A stretch of DNA of 62,997 bases, the filler included, from Chiloscyllium plagiosum (Eukaryota), in the NCBI RefSeq assembly GCF_004010195.1. It is 3 parts of one record of this genome, joined end to end, with 100 filler letters (N's around TTAATTAATTAA, not from the genome) between each part and the next. Parts side by side here need not be neighbours in the genome. Positions count along the whole stretch, not along the records: positions 1 to 28,860 come from NC_057717.1; 2 more parts are not named here. One strand, given 5' to 3'. Shown piece by piece: positions 12,690-25,722 of this stretch (position 1 is its first letter; each line of letters begins with the position of its first letter). The notes beneath the pieces were generated by a model that was given only the letters and a program-made list of their open reading frames with translations, made no database searches and was not told the origin of the DNA. The position numbers were made by a program, and so were the translations under genes.

Positions 12690-14000
12690 TTACAGCATCA
12701 CACAGCATGGAACCTGTCCACATGAGCCAGACATTCCAGCTTGATCTAGTCCCATTGGCCGGCAATAGGCCCATATCCTTCTAATTCCTTCCTATTAATA
12801 TGAACATCCAGATGCGTTTTAAATATTGTAAGTGTACCAGCCTCCATCACATTTCTGGAGGCTCGTTCCATAAGACACCACCCTCTGCATGGAACTTCTG
12901 TCTCTCAGGTCGCCCTCACCTGAAACCTTCATCCTTTAGTTTTGGAATCCTCTATCCTGAGAAAAAAAACCTTAGCTGTTCGAAGTATCCATGCCACTCA
13001 TTATTTTATGAACGTCCATAATGTCACGCTTCAACCTCCCATGCTCCAGTCTGCTCAGCCTCTCTCGGTACCTCAAAACCGCCACTGCTGGTAATAATCT
13101 TGTAAATCTGTTCTGCACTTTTGCAAGTTTTACAACATCCTTCCTAATACAGAGAGAACTGAACTAAAGATATTATTATAAATCTGGCCTCAGTACCATT
13201 CTGACCAGTCGCAATATGATCTCCCAACTCGCATACTCAATGCGCTGACCAATAAAGGCAAGCATACCAAACGCCTTCTTCACCACCATGTCTACCGGCG
13301 TCTCCACTTTCAAGGATCTATGAGTCTGCACACATTTGTTCAACAACAGTCCACAGAGCCCCACCATGAATTGCATACGCGCTGCCCTGTTTTATCTTAT
13401 CAAAATGCAACACTTCACATTTATCTAAATTTAACTCCATCCTTGTCCCATTGGTACATCTGATCAAGGTCCCGTCGTATTCTTAGGTAAATCTTGCTGG
13501 TCACCTCACCTTCAACTTTGATGTCATCTGCAAACTCACTAACCAGATACATAGTCACAGCCAAATCCTTTATTTAAATGACGAAAAACAATGGATTTAG
13601 CAGTGATCCTTGCAACAGATTACTGGTCACAGGCTTTAAATATGAAAAGCACTCCTGTAGTACCCTCTGCCTCCGAGCTGAAATGCAATTTTTTTAGTCA
13701 ATTGGCTAGCTCAGCTTGGATCCATTTATGACCTCATCTTACTAACTTGTCTGCCATTTGAAATCCTGTCAAAAGTCTTGCTGATATCTGTATGGACAGC
13801 GTCTACCACACTGCCTTCATCAAACCTCCTTGTTACCTTTTTAAAAAACGCAAACAAGTTTGGTAGACAGCTTTTCCCATGCACAAGCCATGTTGACTCT
13901 TCCTAATCAGTCTTGCATTTGCAAATTCATGAAAATTCAATGTCTCACAATCCTCTTCAACAACTTACCCAGCAATGGCGGCAGGCTCACTAATCAATAG
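12690..14000 (-). mobile_element. Older decayed CR1 LINE RT fragment
   Basis: VVKKAFGMLAFIGQRIEY; FADDIKV-like motif near 13520. Confidence 0.8.
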
Positions 14001-14139
14001 TTCGGGTCACTATACCCTTTCCTTGTCCCACTCCTCCACTGCTCACTGCAAATGTTAATCTAACCAGGATGGTGATATGACCAATAATATAGGTCGCAGA
14101 TTGTCTCAGGGTTAGGAGCAGGTCCAGCAGGATTCTTTA

Positions 14140-14565
14140 CCATAGAACATAGAACATATACTGTTACAACCCTTCGGCCCTGAGCCAACCTGTAAAAATA
14201 ATCTGATGCCCATCTAACCTGTACAGTTTCATTTTCACCCATATGTACGCCCAATGCCCATTTAAATGCCCTTAACGTCGGCGATTCTACTTCTGTTGCA
14301 GGCAGGGTGTTCCAAGCCCCTACTATTCTCTGAGTGAAGAAACTACGCTGATATCTATCCTAAATCTAGCACCCCACAATTTAAAGCTATGTCCCCTCGT
14401 GTTAGCCTTCACCATCCGAGGAAATACACTCCCACTGTCCACCCTATCTAACCCTCTGATTATCTTATACGTCTCGGTTAAGTCATTTTTCAACTTTACT
14501 CTGTCCAAGAAAACAGTCTCAGTTCCTTCAGCCTTTCTTCGTAAGAACTGCCTTCCATACAGTTT
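14140..14565 (-). mobile_element. CR1 LINE 3' fragment
   Basis: DLTETYKIIRGLDRVD...TRGHSFKL; catagaa tail repeats. Confidence 0.85.
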
Positions 14566-16529
14566 ATGACACAAATAAAGTTATTCAAACTACGATGGAA
14601 AGATAAATGACAAACAGTTTCGATATTGCAAATCTGTACACCAATGTTTCTCTTCCTAAAAATACCAACACACACACACTTTTGATGACAAGTTGAAAAG
14701 CAAAAACTGTGCAGAGCATTATCTTGAAAGAACTTGTCCAAAATGTTAATTTAACTCACGACGAAAGGGAAAATGAGAGATTATCCCAAAAATCTATCCG
14801 TTTACGAAGTTATTCTGCTCTTACATGCTGCTGGCAATGGGATTACTTCCTGGAGCAGTTAGATTTGGCTGAATTCACTTTACTTCACGTAGTGGAGTGA
14901 TTCCAATGAATCCTCATCAGGAATTCTCCGTGAGTGATAAAGATGACTGTGGAGTTTTCAGCTCACACACATTACTGCGACGAGGAACACAGAAAAAGAG
15001 AGAAACAATATTCGTTCTTTCTCATGAAGGTTGCATTTTCTCCCTCTGTGAGTTCTCCATCACAAGATAACATGATCCAGTCCCAAAGTGGATCAAATGA
15101 GGTCTCTTTGAACAGTGTCTGAAATGTATGACTCCATCATATTCCCTGTTCCATGTAGGTACATCATTGCTGCTGTCTTACGCAGCCAATATTTTCATAA
15201 CAAATAGCCCCAGTAGATTGGAAGATGTGTTTATATGTGCTCGTGTAATTTTAAAATACAATATTTAATATTTTCACAGTATCTGTATTTCAAGGAATGC
15301 GTCTTATTCTTAAATTACTTCTCCGGTTTTATTCTCCAGTACAAGATAAAATACCTAGCAATTATTCACTAGCTCAAAATTTTATACAGTCAGTAAGAAA
15401 ATTTCTCATTCTCAAGCCTAAACGACTAACTGTTCATAACATAATGCCTTCATCGCAAGAAAGATTAAGGAGAAACATCTTTGAAAAAGTTTCAAAAATA
15501 TTTTTTTTTTTCAATTCAGGGAATTATAACCACACACATTACATCAAATGCCGTTTCTGCAATGGCCTGTAAAAATGCAGTAAAACATCCTTGACATCAT
15601 ACTCGATACCCTTTGCAATAAACAGCATCATTCCATTTATTTTCCAAATCACTTGCTGCATCTATAGACTAATTTGACGTGGTGTATCTACGAGGGCACA
15701 TGATTTCCTTTCTACCACTGAGTTCTGCATTCTGTCTCCAGGTACTTAATTTATTGTCGTTTCATGCTTCCTCCAAAACACAAACTTCCCATCACCCACA
15801 TTGTACTTTCTATTTGTCGAAGCTTTGCTCACTGCCTCACCATGTCTATATCCCATTACAGATGTTCTGCCTCCACTTGACATCTTTTTGAATGATTATC
15901 CTGGTGCATGGGCAAACTGAGCTACAATCTATTCAGCCCCTTCATCTAAAGTATTAACCTAGATTGTAAACTGTTTGTGAACTTTCACTAATCCCTGAGG
16001 AATTTCATTAGCTAAAGCTTTCCATACTGAAAATCAGTAACTATCCACTACTCTGTATTTCCTGGTAGTGAACCAGGGCTCCCCTGTTTCTGTGTAGCAG
16101 TCTAGAAAGGATGCTGTGCAGTGTTGTCAGTTGCTGAAATGTTTCAGAGCTCACAAACACGTCACCAGGGCCATGTGTTGTCAGATGATCATGTTAAAGT
16201 CATACTCCCAATGATCATGATCCCTGACAATCAGAAAGATGTGCTCAGAATACAGACTAAAATTTGAGTAGAACGACACATGGTCAAAAATGCTGTCTTT
16301 CAGATGCAGCAATAGATCGATTCTGCCGTCTCAGTCATGTGCACAATTTTCACCAGACAGGTGTAGAGGAGGAGGGGAGATTTCCCATTCGCCTGATTAA
16401 AATACGTCCGTTTCACAACATAACCAATACAGATAAGCTTCATCAATAATTTCATTTTTGGCTGTTGGTGTTGTGTTGAAAAATTGCCACAGTCACTGCA
16501 CATTAAAATAAACAATTGTCTTTGAGGAG

Positions 16530-16880
16530 TGAGTTTACAGAGATTTATAAAATCACGAGAGACATTTATCGGTAAATAGATAAATTCTTTTCCCCAGGTT
16601 GGGGAGGTTCAAAGCTAGATGACGTACGTCGAAAGTGAGAGAGGAAACTTTTAAAACCGACCCAGGGGCAACGTTTTTACACAGAGGGTTCTGTATGTTT
16701 GGAATGAGATGCCCGGGGAAGTGCATTTAAAATGCACCTGGATTGGTATGTAAAAAGCAAGTGTTTAGAAGGATATGTGCCAAATGCTGGCAAATGAATC
16801 TACATCAATTTATGACATCTGGTTGGTAGGGATATGTTGGACCAAAGAGTTTGGTTCCGTGCTGCTTATCTCTATGACTG
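16530..16880 (+). mobile_element. CR1 LINE 3' end fragment
   Basis: Similar to other CR1 3'UTRs in the window (tttttacacagagggtt...ctctatgact). Confidence 0.8.
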
Positions 16881-17384
16881 AACTCCTTAGAAGGGCAGAA
16901 TTGCCAGCTTCTGCCTCATTTTAACAATCCTGAATGGCTGATTGCGATCTTCCTCTCCCTCTGTAACAGCTCGACGGTTGCAGTGAAAGAACAACACATG
17001 GGATAGGTGCTGGTTCCACTTTTGGTTGTCATTTATATCAATGAATTAGATAAGAATTATAGAAGGAATCGTTAACAAGTTTACAAATGAGACCAAGATT
17101 AGTTATATCGTGGAAGATGAAAAATGTTTTATCGGATTACAAAGATATCTTTGTCAATTGGAGCAATGTATCACATAGTTATACAGCACGGAAGCAGGCA
17201 CTTGATGGTCTTGAATAGATATTATTACTGAGCACGAGAGACAAAGAAAGAGTAAAATTTCTGAGTCCAAATCACTGATTAGTATTTCCCACCTCTAATA
17301 TGTGACTGCCCTGTTCCTAAAACCAATAAACGATACAAAGTAACGGATTATTTTCCAGTTTGTCTTCCCGGTACTATCACTCAC

Positions 17385-17970
17385 TGGGCTGGAGAATGGC
17401 ATATCGATTTTAATTTCGATAAATGATAAGTATAGTACTTTGGTAAAACAATCAAGAAGAGGACATATACAATTTAATATCGGGACATTGGTAGTGTTGT
17501 AGAACAGAGGAGCCTTGTGGTTGAGGCGTAATTCTTTGAAGTTTGGGTCACATATAGACAGGGTGGTTAAGAAGGCGTTTGGTTTGCTGGCCTTTATTCC
17601 TCAGATCTCTCGGGACAGGAGTTGAGTCGTTGCGTTCAGGTTGTAAAGAACATTCGCGAGGTCTCTCATGGAGACTTATGTTTAGTTCTGTTCGCCCTGT
17701 TACTTTGACGATATTATTCGGTGGGGAAGGGTTCAGAAGAGATTTATCAAGATGTTGACAGGAATGAAGTGTTTGAGTTATAAGGATAGATTGGACAGGA
17801 TGGTTCTATTTCCAATGGAGCGTAAGAGGTCAGGAGGTGACCTCATAGAAGTTTATAAAGCAATGAGGGTTATAGATAATGTTGAATGGCAGGTTCTCTT
17901 CCTTAGGCTGTAAGACTTCAAGACTAGGTGGATACTTTTATGATGAGAGGAGAAACTTTTGCAGAAGACA
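17385..17970 (+). mobile_element. Decayed CR1 LINE ORF2 3' fragment
   Basis: RVVKKAFGLLAFI, GRVQKRFIKML, RRSGGDLIEVYK-like reading. Confidence 0.8.
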
Positions 17971-18309
17971 TAGGGTCATACAGTTGTCCAGCACGGAACT
18001 GATCCTTCCAATTCATCCCTGCTGACCAGTTGTCCTACATTAATGTCGTACAATTTGGCAGCAGTTGGCCCATATTTTCTAAACACTTCCTTACTCATGT
18101 ACCCGTCCAAATTCATGACTTAGAGGTGCCAGTGTTGGACTGGATGAACAAAATCAAAACTCACACGATACCAGGTTACAGTCCAACAATTTTATTTGGA
18201 AGATCTAACTTTCAAAGCGCTGTTCCTTCATCACCGTCTTGTGTTGGTTAAAATAATGCTCACAGAATATATAGCTAAATGTATCCAGTGTCATGACACT
18301 CCATCACAT

Positions 18310-19800
18310 CACTGTGTATGTGCCTTTGTGGGTGCGAATGCGTCTGTGAATACATCTGTGTTTGTGTGTGCATGTGTGTGCGCCTGTGTGTGTGTGTGCG
18401 TGGAGTGTTGGTGTCTGTGTGTGTGCTGTGTGGGTGTCTGAGTATAGCATGTACGCGTGTATCCATGTGTGCTTGTGACAGTCTATGCATCTGTGAGTAT
18501 GTATGCCAGTGTGCATGTGTTTGTGTGTTAATGTGTGTATGCATGGTGTGTGCCGGGGTATGTGTGTCTCCATGTGGTGTGCGTTTAACCGTCTGTGTGT
18601 GCATGTGATTGCATGTGTTGTGGTGTATGGGTATCTGTCTGTGTGCATGCATCGATGTGTGTGTTTATGTGGCTGTGTTTGCATTGGTGTGTGAGTGCAT
18701 GGGTGTGTCTGTTACTGGTGTGTGTGTGCACGCGCACGTGTGTGTTTGTGAGTCTGGGTGCATGCATCTCTGTGTGTATGTGTCTGTGTGTGGTGTGTGG
18801 GTGTGGGTGTATGTACATCTATGTGTGTGTGCATGCGTCTGTACGTGTGTACATCTGAGCTTGTGTGTCTTTGCATGTGTTTGTGTCCATGTGTGCGATC
18901 TGTGGTTGCGTGTGTGTGCTGTATGTGCGTGTATGTGCCTGCGTTTGCATGTATGGGAATGTGAATTTGTCTCTGTGCGTGTGCATATATGTGTGTCTGT
19001 GTGCATGAGTGCGTGTTTCTGTGTGTGTATGTGTGCAGGTGTGGTTGTCTGTGTCTGGTATTTGGGTGTTTTTGTGACCTGTGAAAGTCTGGCTGTGTGT
19101 GTATTTGTGTGTCACTGTGAGCATGTCTCTTTCTGTGTTTGTGCTTGTGTGTGTGGATGTCAGCTTTTGTGTGTCATATGGGTATCTATGTGTGCGTATG
19201 CATGTGTATAAGTATCTCTTCGTGTGTGTCTGTGTGTATGTGTATGTGTATGTGTCTATGTGTGGTGCGTGTGTTTGCCTCTATGTGTCTGGGTGTGTGC
19301 ATGTGCACACGCGTGCACTTTTCTCTATGCCGCTGCGTGTGTGTTGGTGTGTGTGTTTGGTGTGTGTGTATGTGTGAGTGCGCATTTGTCTCTGTGTTTC
19401 TGTGTGTGTCTTTGTGGGTGCGTTTGATTGTGTGTGTCCGTGTGTGCCTGTGTGTCTGTCTATGTGTCTGACTGCACATGTATGTGTGTCTGTATGTCTG
19501 TGTGTCGAATGTGTGCATATCTGTATGCCTGTGAGTGTGTGCTGTGTGTGGTGTTCATGGCAGTGTGTCTGAGTGTCTGTCTGTGGCGTGTGTGTGTCTT
19601 TGGGATTGTTTACATGTGTGTGTCTGTATGTCTCTGTATGTGCGCTCGTTGTGGTGTGTATGTCTGTGCGTGGTGTGCGTGTATGTGTGTTTGTGTGGTG
19701 TGGATGTGTATGTGTCTGTGTGTCTGTCTATGTCTGTGTGTCTGTGCATGCGCGCATGCGCACGTGTGTGTATGCGTGGTGTGTGTTTCTCTCTCTCTCC
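18310..19800. repeat. ~1.5 kb degenerate (TG)n/(CA)n microsatellite
   Basis: Continuous TG-rich alternating purine-pyrimidine tract; ORFs are C/V or H/T low complexity. Confidence 0.97.
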
Positions 19801-21147
19801 ATTGATGGTGCTGTCAGCTGTTGCCTTCTCTCTCTTCCACCCAGCCTGATGGTTATCACACTCCGCTCCCACCTGATGAAGGAAGGGGGTTGAGGGGTGC
19901 GAGTGGGCAGCGGTGACAGTCACAATATAAGTAAATTCAGCAGCTCCGGTAGCATCAGCGGAGAGAAATGGAAGTTAGCGTTTAGGGTCAATTCCTTCTC
20001 AATTCGGGGACACATTGCATCATTTTAAATACCACAGAGACTGCCAGACCCGCTCCACACAGATACACACAAACAGAGGCACATCGGGACACTAATAAAG
20101 ACCCCAACTTTGAGTGTCTGTCTGTCAGCATTTATCTCGGTCCATGGTGAGTGTGTCAGTATTTCACTCGCTTTGTCTGGTGTGCATCAGTATTTCAGCA
20201 TGTCATTGGGGGAGTGTATCAGTATTGCACATGCTTACACCAATGAGTGTGTCAGTATTTCTGAGTGGAGTGTGAATGTAGTACAAATTTAATGTTTGCA
20301 GATAGAAAACCTGGAAAAATTGTAAGGGGTGTGGAGGACGGTGTGGAACTCCAACAGGCGAGCAATATGTTTGTGCAGTGTTCAGTTAGATAGCACGTGT
20401 GAAGCGCAGTGTGAAGTGATGCACTTTGTTAGGAAAGACATTGAAAAACAATATAAAGCAGGTTGTACCGTTATCAAGGGGTTGCAGGAACAGAAGGTCC
20501 TGGGTGTGTATGAACATAGATTATTGAAGATTTCAGGACAGGTGGGGTGAGCAGCAAATATGACAGATTAGCTTCATTATCGTAGCTGTTTACAGGAGGA
20601 GGTGTAGGAGGGAGTCTCCGTGCTCCCTTTCTGGGACGTGGTGGTGACAATGTATTGTGAGCCCACCCTCCTGCCCACTGAGACCGTGGGGATTCCATTT
20701 GTACCAGCTCGATCCAAAAGGGAGATGGCATCAGCACCACAGCTTCTAAATTGTGCCGGAGGAATCAGAACTGCCAGTGGGTTTAAAGTGAGAATTGCCC
20801 TTCACTGAAATTTGCTCCTTACTCGCTTGGTGGGATGTGGATGTTTCAGAATCTCCACATGAGGCGTCTCCGTTCTCTCCGGTTCATATCAGGGTCCTCC
20901 CCACATGGCGGAGGGCGGTGGTTGAGGGAACGGATATGGAGAATCCACCACCCAGCTTGGCCCTTTTTTTATTCCAGGCTGTTTCTCCTGGAATGGGAGA
21001 AAGGGAGTGAAGGATTGAGGGTAGAAGTGGGTGGCCGTGCTGTTAGTGCTGGGGAGTGGTCTGGGGGAAGGCTGCGGTGTCCGGCGGGAGTGAGTCCACA
21101 GTGTTGTATCCATGCAATGTTATTAGTGTTAGGATAAAGTGGAATGA

Positions 21148-21182
<35 letters not shown>

Positions 21183-22919
21183 GAAAGGTGTTGTATACAG
21201 GAGTGAGAGTGGTGGAGCATGAGCCTTTTTCGGGGTCAGGTGCTATAACAGATAGACAGTGAGTGTGAGGGGTTTGAGAGAATATGGTGACCTCATCCTG
21301 ACAGAGCAGGAAAGCTTACTGACAAACTGGGATGCAATTTCCCCTTATCTGCTATGCTCGGGGTAAACTGAGCAGGGCAGCTCCAAACTGAGAAAGCTCA
21401 ACTGTGTGCCTTTTGGCCTTTTTAAGATGGCACTAGTTCCAGGGATAACTGAATATACAGGTTTATCCAGGGGATAGTGAGTCCCGCCAGCCATGATGGC
21501 TGGAGAATCGGGTTAGCATTGAATAAGAGGGACGCCATGGGTTGGGTGGATAGTTAATGAGGTGAGTTCGATAACATAGCTCCAGGAAACTAACACAGCC
21601 TCGTGCAGACAATCCCTCTGTCACACTCAATGAAAATGTCACTGAGACAAATTATTGCTGGATTCAGCCCAATGAGTCTAAGCTTCTGCTGACCAGACAC
21701 CCAGTTAAAAAGCTGCACAACAAAGGCTCATCCAAAACTCTCCATCGTCTGACGTCACATCAGTACCCCATTTATCTATCATTCCCTGAAACACTGGCTT
21801 CGTTTGCAAGATGCTATCGAAATGTCTTCATTTCAGCATTCTGAGACCTGGGAACACATCCTGCCAATGACATTGCGTCTCAGTCTCGCCCTCTCTGTCT
21901 ATATTCCAAGACCCTGCCATCTGTTGGTATTTAAACTGATTCTCCCGCCATCTCTCTCTGGCAGTGAGTTTCACACACACAGCAACCCCTTGCCATGGCA
22001 CAATGGAGATATGGATCTGAAAATAGATGGGAGCTGTACATCTTGTCACTTCCAGTTATGGCTGCAAGTTTGCCCACAGTGATCTAACTCAGTGTTACTG
22101 AGCAATGTACTGCGTTGTTGGGGACAGTTGTACACCCTGGTCAGATCTCTCATCTGTGTTAATAGACCAATACATTGCTCTGGTTTTCACAGCTTTCCAC
22201 TCTGGATAGATTGTGGTGTGTATTGAACAGTACACTAGCCTGGTGGACACAGTGCTCCCTGCTGAAAACATATCTGGCCTGGGGTTATATAGATCAATGC
22301 ACTGCTGAGGTTTGCACGGTGTTCCACTTTGGACCGATTTCAGGGCTGTGTTCAGCAGTACACGAGCCTGGTCAGCACAGTGCTCCATGCTCAGCAGATA
22401 TCGCCTCTTGGTTTATGATGTCTGGTCTGGTTCTGAGACGTGGATTGAGAATGTGATATAACTAACCATTTCACTGGATATGGCAATGCCTTGTTTTTAA
22501 AAAAAATATGGTTGGACTCTCCAAATTCGGACTCCTCCGGCCAATCCCATTCTTTTTATCTACCTCCATAGTTTGGGAACGTGTTATCCTCGAGTAATTG
22601 TCCAGTTTTAATATGAATGACTATCCTGTTTACTCCCCTGGCCTTTGGGGTTACTCACCCTGGAGCATCAGGAGCCATCCCCACAAAACTCTATGAGGTC
22701 ACTCCTCAGCATGAATACCCCAGGGAATATAGCCCCAGCCTATTCAATCTCTCCCTATCGCTCCACAGCAACACCCCCATCACTAGTAACATACTAGAAA
22801 ATCTTCTCTGTGTCCTTTCCTGTTTAACAACATCTTTGCTAGAGCAGGCAGACAAGAATTAAAAGCAGTATTGCAGACATGGCTGAGCCCAATATCCTGC
22901 ACATCCCAAATGGCCTCCT

Positions 22920-23975
22920 TCTTCAAATACTGCCATTTCCACTCCCAATTGGACGACCATACCATCCAGCGTATCTCATCCACTTCCCACACGTCCGCCC
23001 TCGAAACCTACCCCTCCAACTACAACAGGGAATGAAGCCATCAGTTCCTCACCTCACATCCCACCTAACTTCAAATACATCGCATCATCCTCCACCATTT
23101 TTGCCACCTACAAAAGGACTTTACTCCAGAGATACATTGACCTGCCGACTCCATCTGTGTTCTGTAAAGAAAATTCCCAATACGGCTCCTTTGTTAGGTC
23201 TACATCCACCCTCCACTCCCATCACCTTCCCTTGCCAGCGCAAAAGGTGTAAACCGTGCACCCACACCGCCCCCTCACTTCCATCCAAAACATTCTTTCC
23301 ACATTCGAGGGAGATTTAAATGCATTTCCACACACGTCACTGACGGTATCCATTGCTCCCGGTATGGTCTTCTCTACACTGGGGAGACAGGATGCCTACT
23401 TGCAGAACACTTCAGAGAACATCTCCTGGACACACTTATGGAACAACCCCACCGCCCTGTTGCTGAACCCTTCAGCTACCCCTCCCACTCTGCCAAGGAC
23501 GTATAGACTCTAGGTGTACTCAACCATCAAACCTTCACCATGTGACACCCGGAGGAAGAAATTCTCATCTTCCGTCTTGGGATCCTCCAAACACACATGA
23601 TCAATGTGGATTTCACCAGTTTCCTCATTTTCCCTCTCACCACCCTCTCCCAAATACAACCTTCAAAATCAGAACCACCCTATGGACGTGTCCTACCTGT
23701 CCATCTTCCTTCCCACCTCTCCACTCCACCCTCCTCTCTAACCTAACACCTTCACCGACATCTTCCTCTACCTATCACATTCTCATCTACCTTCCCCCAG
23801 CCCCACCCCATTCCATTTGACTTTCAGCTCCCTTGGATCACAAGCCGCATACCTGATGCGGGGATTATGCTCGAAATGTGGACATTCCTCAGATACTGCC
23901 TGAATGGCTGTGCTTTTCCAACACCACATTCTCAACTTTGATCTTCAGCATCTGCAGTCCCAACTTTCTCCTTTG
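22920..23975 (+). mobile_element. Penelope-like element (probably Neptune-type) 3' portion, decayed
   Basis: FPCQRKRCKPC Zn-knuckle, LYTGETGCLLAEHFREHL GIY-YIG remnant, degenerate hammerhead at ~23850-23880; same family as 7411-8469. Confidence 0.85.
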
Positions 23976-24278
23976 AGTTAAGGTTTCGAGACATTTCACC
24001 ACCAGACGTTTTCTGCAGCTGATCTGTTATTTTATCCCTGTCTCCTTTTATACTCAAGGTGGGACATGTACAAACCTTCAGTGTTCCGGCAATGCTCCCA
24101 TATACAAGGAATAATGATTCAAAAGACTGAGAGGTGTACGGTTCATCCGTCAGTAACTCATCCATTCTTGCTTTTATTATCCATGTTTGCTTTTATTGTG
24201 ATATGAATAGTGATGTAAGGAATGGGTTAACTGAGCCTGTTTGATCGGTGGCTGTGATTAATGTCAGTCTCCATGGAT

Positions 24279-24286
24279 TATAAATA
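24279..24286 (+). promoter_or_regulatory. Candidate TATA box of the GPCR gene
   Basis: TATAAATA 173 bp upstream of the ATG in non-repeat sequence; position only, no transcript data. Confidence 0.3.
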
Positions 24287-24451
24287 TCCCAGTGGAGGTT
24301 CTAATTTTAAATGATAAATGGGCTCCGTTCAATTTTTTGTCCTATAGTATGAGCGGGAGCATCATCGACAGCACTAACATGGATCAGCAGCTCCAGAGAG
24401 AGGGGAAGGAGAGAACATAAACTGAGAACATTTGATTGGAATATTCCAACA

Positions 24452-24674
24452 ATGGATCAGAATCTGAGAACATTAGACTGGACTGTTCCAACAATCGATC
24501 AGAATCTGAGAACATTATACTGCAATGTTACAAAAATAGACAAGAGTTTATCCAGCTCTGTTTGGGCTCTTTCTACGTATTATGATTGGTTGTCATTATA
24601 TTCGCGGATTTATTTGACTCTTCACATTATTCAATATTTTTATTATCCTCTTTTGTCTATCTTTGGTGGCCCTG
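24452..24674 (+). CDS. GPR139/GPR142-like class A GPCR, exon 1 (repeat-bearing N-terminus and start of TM1)
   Basis: ATG 24452, MDQNLRT...IQYFYYPLLSIFGGP; strong donor G|GTAAGT at 24674/24675, phase 1, matching the exon 2 acceptor phase (G+TT=Val, giving GGPVNVVTI). Confidence 0.85.
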
Positions 24675-25667
24675 GTAAGTCTCACCGTTCAGATATTTTT
24701 CTATCAACCAGTTATGACTGCATTCCTGTTCTTTCATATAGTCTTCATTTCTTGCCACCATTAGTGTTCCTGTTGAGACTGTAAATCCAGATATTCACTC
24801 TGCAGACCACTACTAACTGCCCCAGTGAATGTGTTCAATTCCTGCCTCCCTCCTGGCTTCTAGCAGTGTTAATCACGGGTCTCTATGTTGACCTACGCAG
24901 TTTCAGATGTGAACCATTGACTCTCTGTCCTTGTTGTTTAAATATTGGGAGCATGGGCGTCACTGCTTTCTGTTATGATTACAAACTCCAGTTCATTTTC
25001 TGATCCCATCGCATTCCTGCGAAAATATCTTTGGGACTTGGGCATCGCTGGCTGGCCAGCTTTGATAGCCCATCCCTATTTGCCCTTGAGAAGATGGTGG
25101 TGAGCTACCTTCTTGAATCGCTGCAATTCACTTGCTAAGGGTTTACCCACAGTGCCAGGAGGGAGGGAATTCCAGGATTTTAACTCAATGACTGTGAAGA
25201 ATGGCGGTATTTTTCCATGTCAGGGTTGTGAGTGGCTTGAAGGGGAACTTGCAGATTCTGGTTGAAACAGACGACTCACTATTTTGGTGATCCCTTTAGA
25301 CATGGACTGATTCCTGACAACATGCCCAGACCATTGCTAACTTTAACAAATCATCCTCCAGAACATACTTCACTGGCTTATCCCATCTGCTATTTAACAT
25401 TTTAGTTGTGAAATGCACGCTTAATGATACATACAATCTGCTGTGACACTCCTGGCTTCAATCCTGCGGAAAATAATTTTGATTCGAACTCCCCCCAAAA
25501 TCCCGTCCATCTGTCCCTTGTGTGTGCAGACTGATGTATATTACAATTGGGTTTGGCCATGCCTTTATTTTAATATTCTCAAGGACTTGACCCATCTGTC
25601 CATGAAACTTGCTTCAGTCTCTCTCTGTCTGCTCCATAAAACCCCTGCCAGTTGTTCATATATAAAC

Positions 25668-25668
<1 letters not shown>

Positions 25669-25720
<52 letters not shown>
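25669..25720. repeat. (AC)n microsatellite
   Basis: Perfect AC run. Confidence 0.97.

Positions 25721-25722
<2 letters not shown>

Noticed and set aside
18275..19923. Cys/Val- and His/Thr-rich ORFs resembling metallothionein or zinc-binding proteins
   Set aside because: Translations of the degenerate (TG)n microsatellite, open in many frames
24675..24784. 3' part of ORF 24452-24784 as coding
   Set aside because: Reads through a consensus GTAAGT donor; GPCR homology resumes only at 35939
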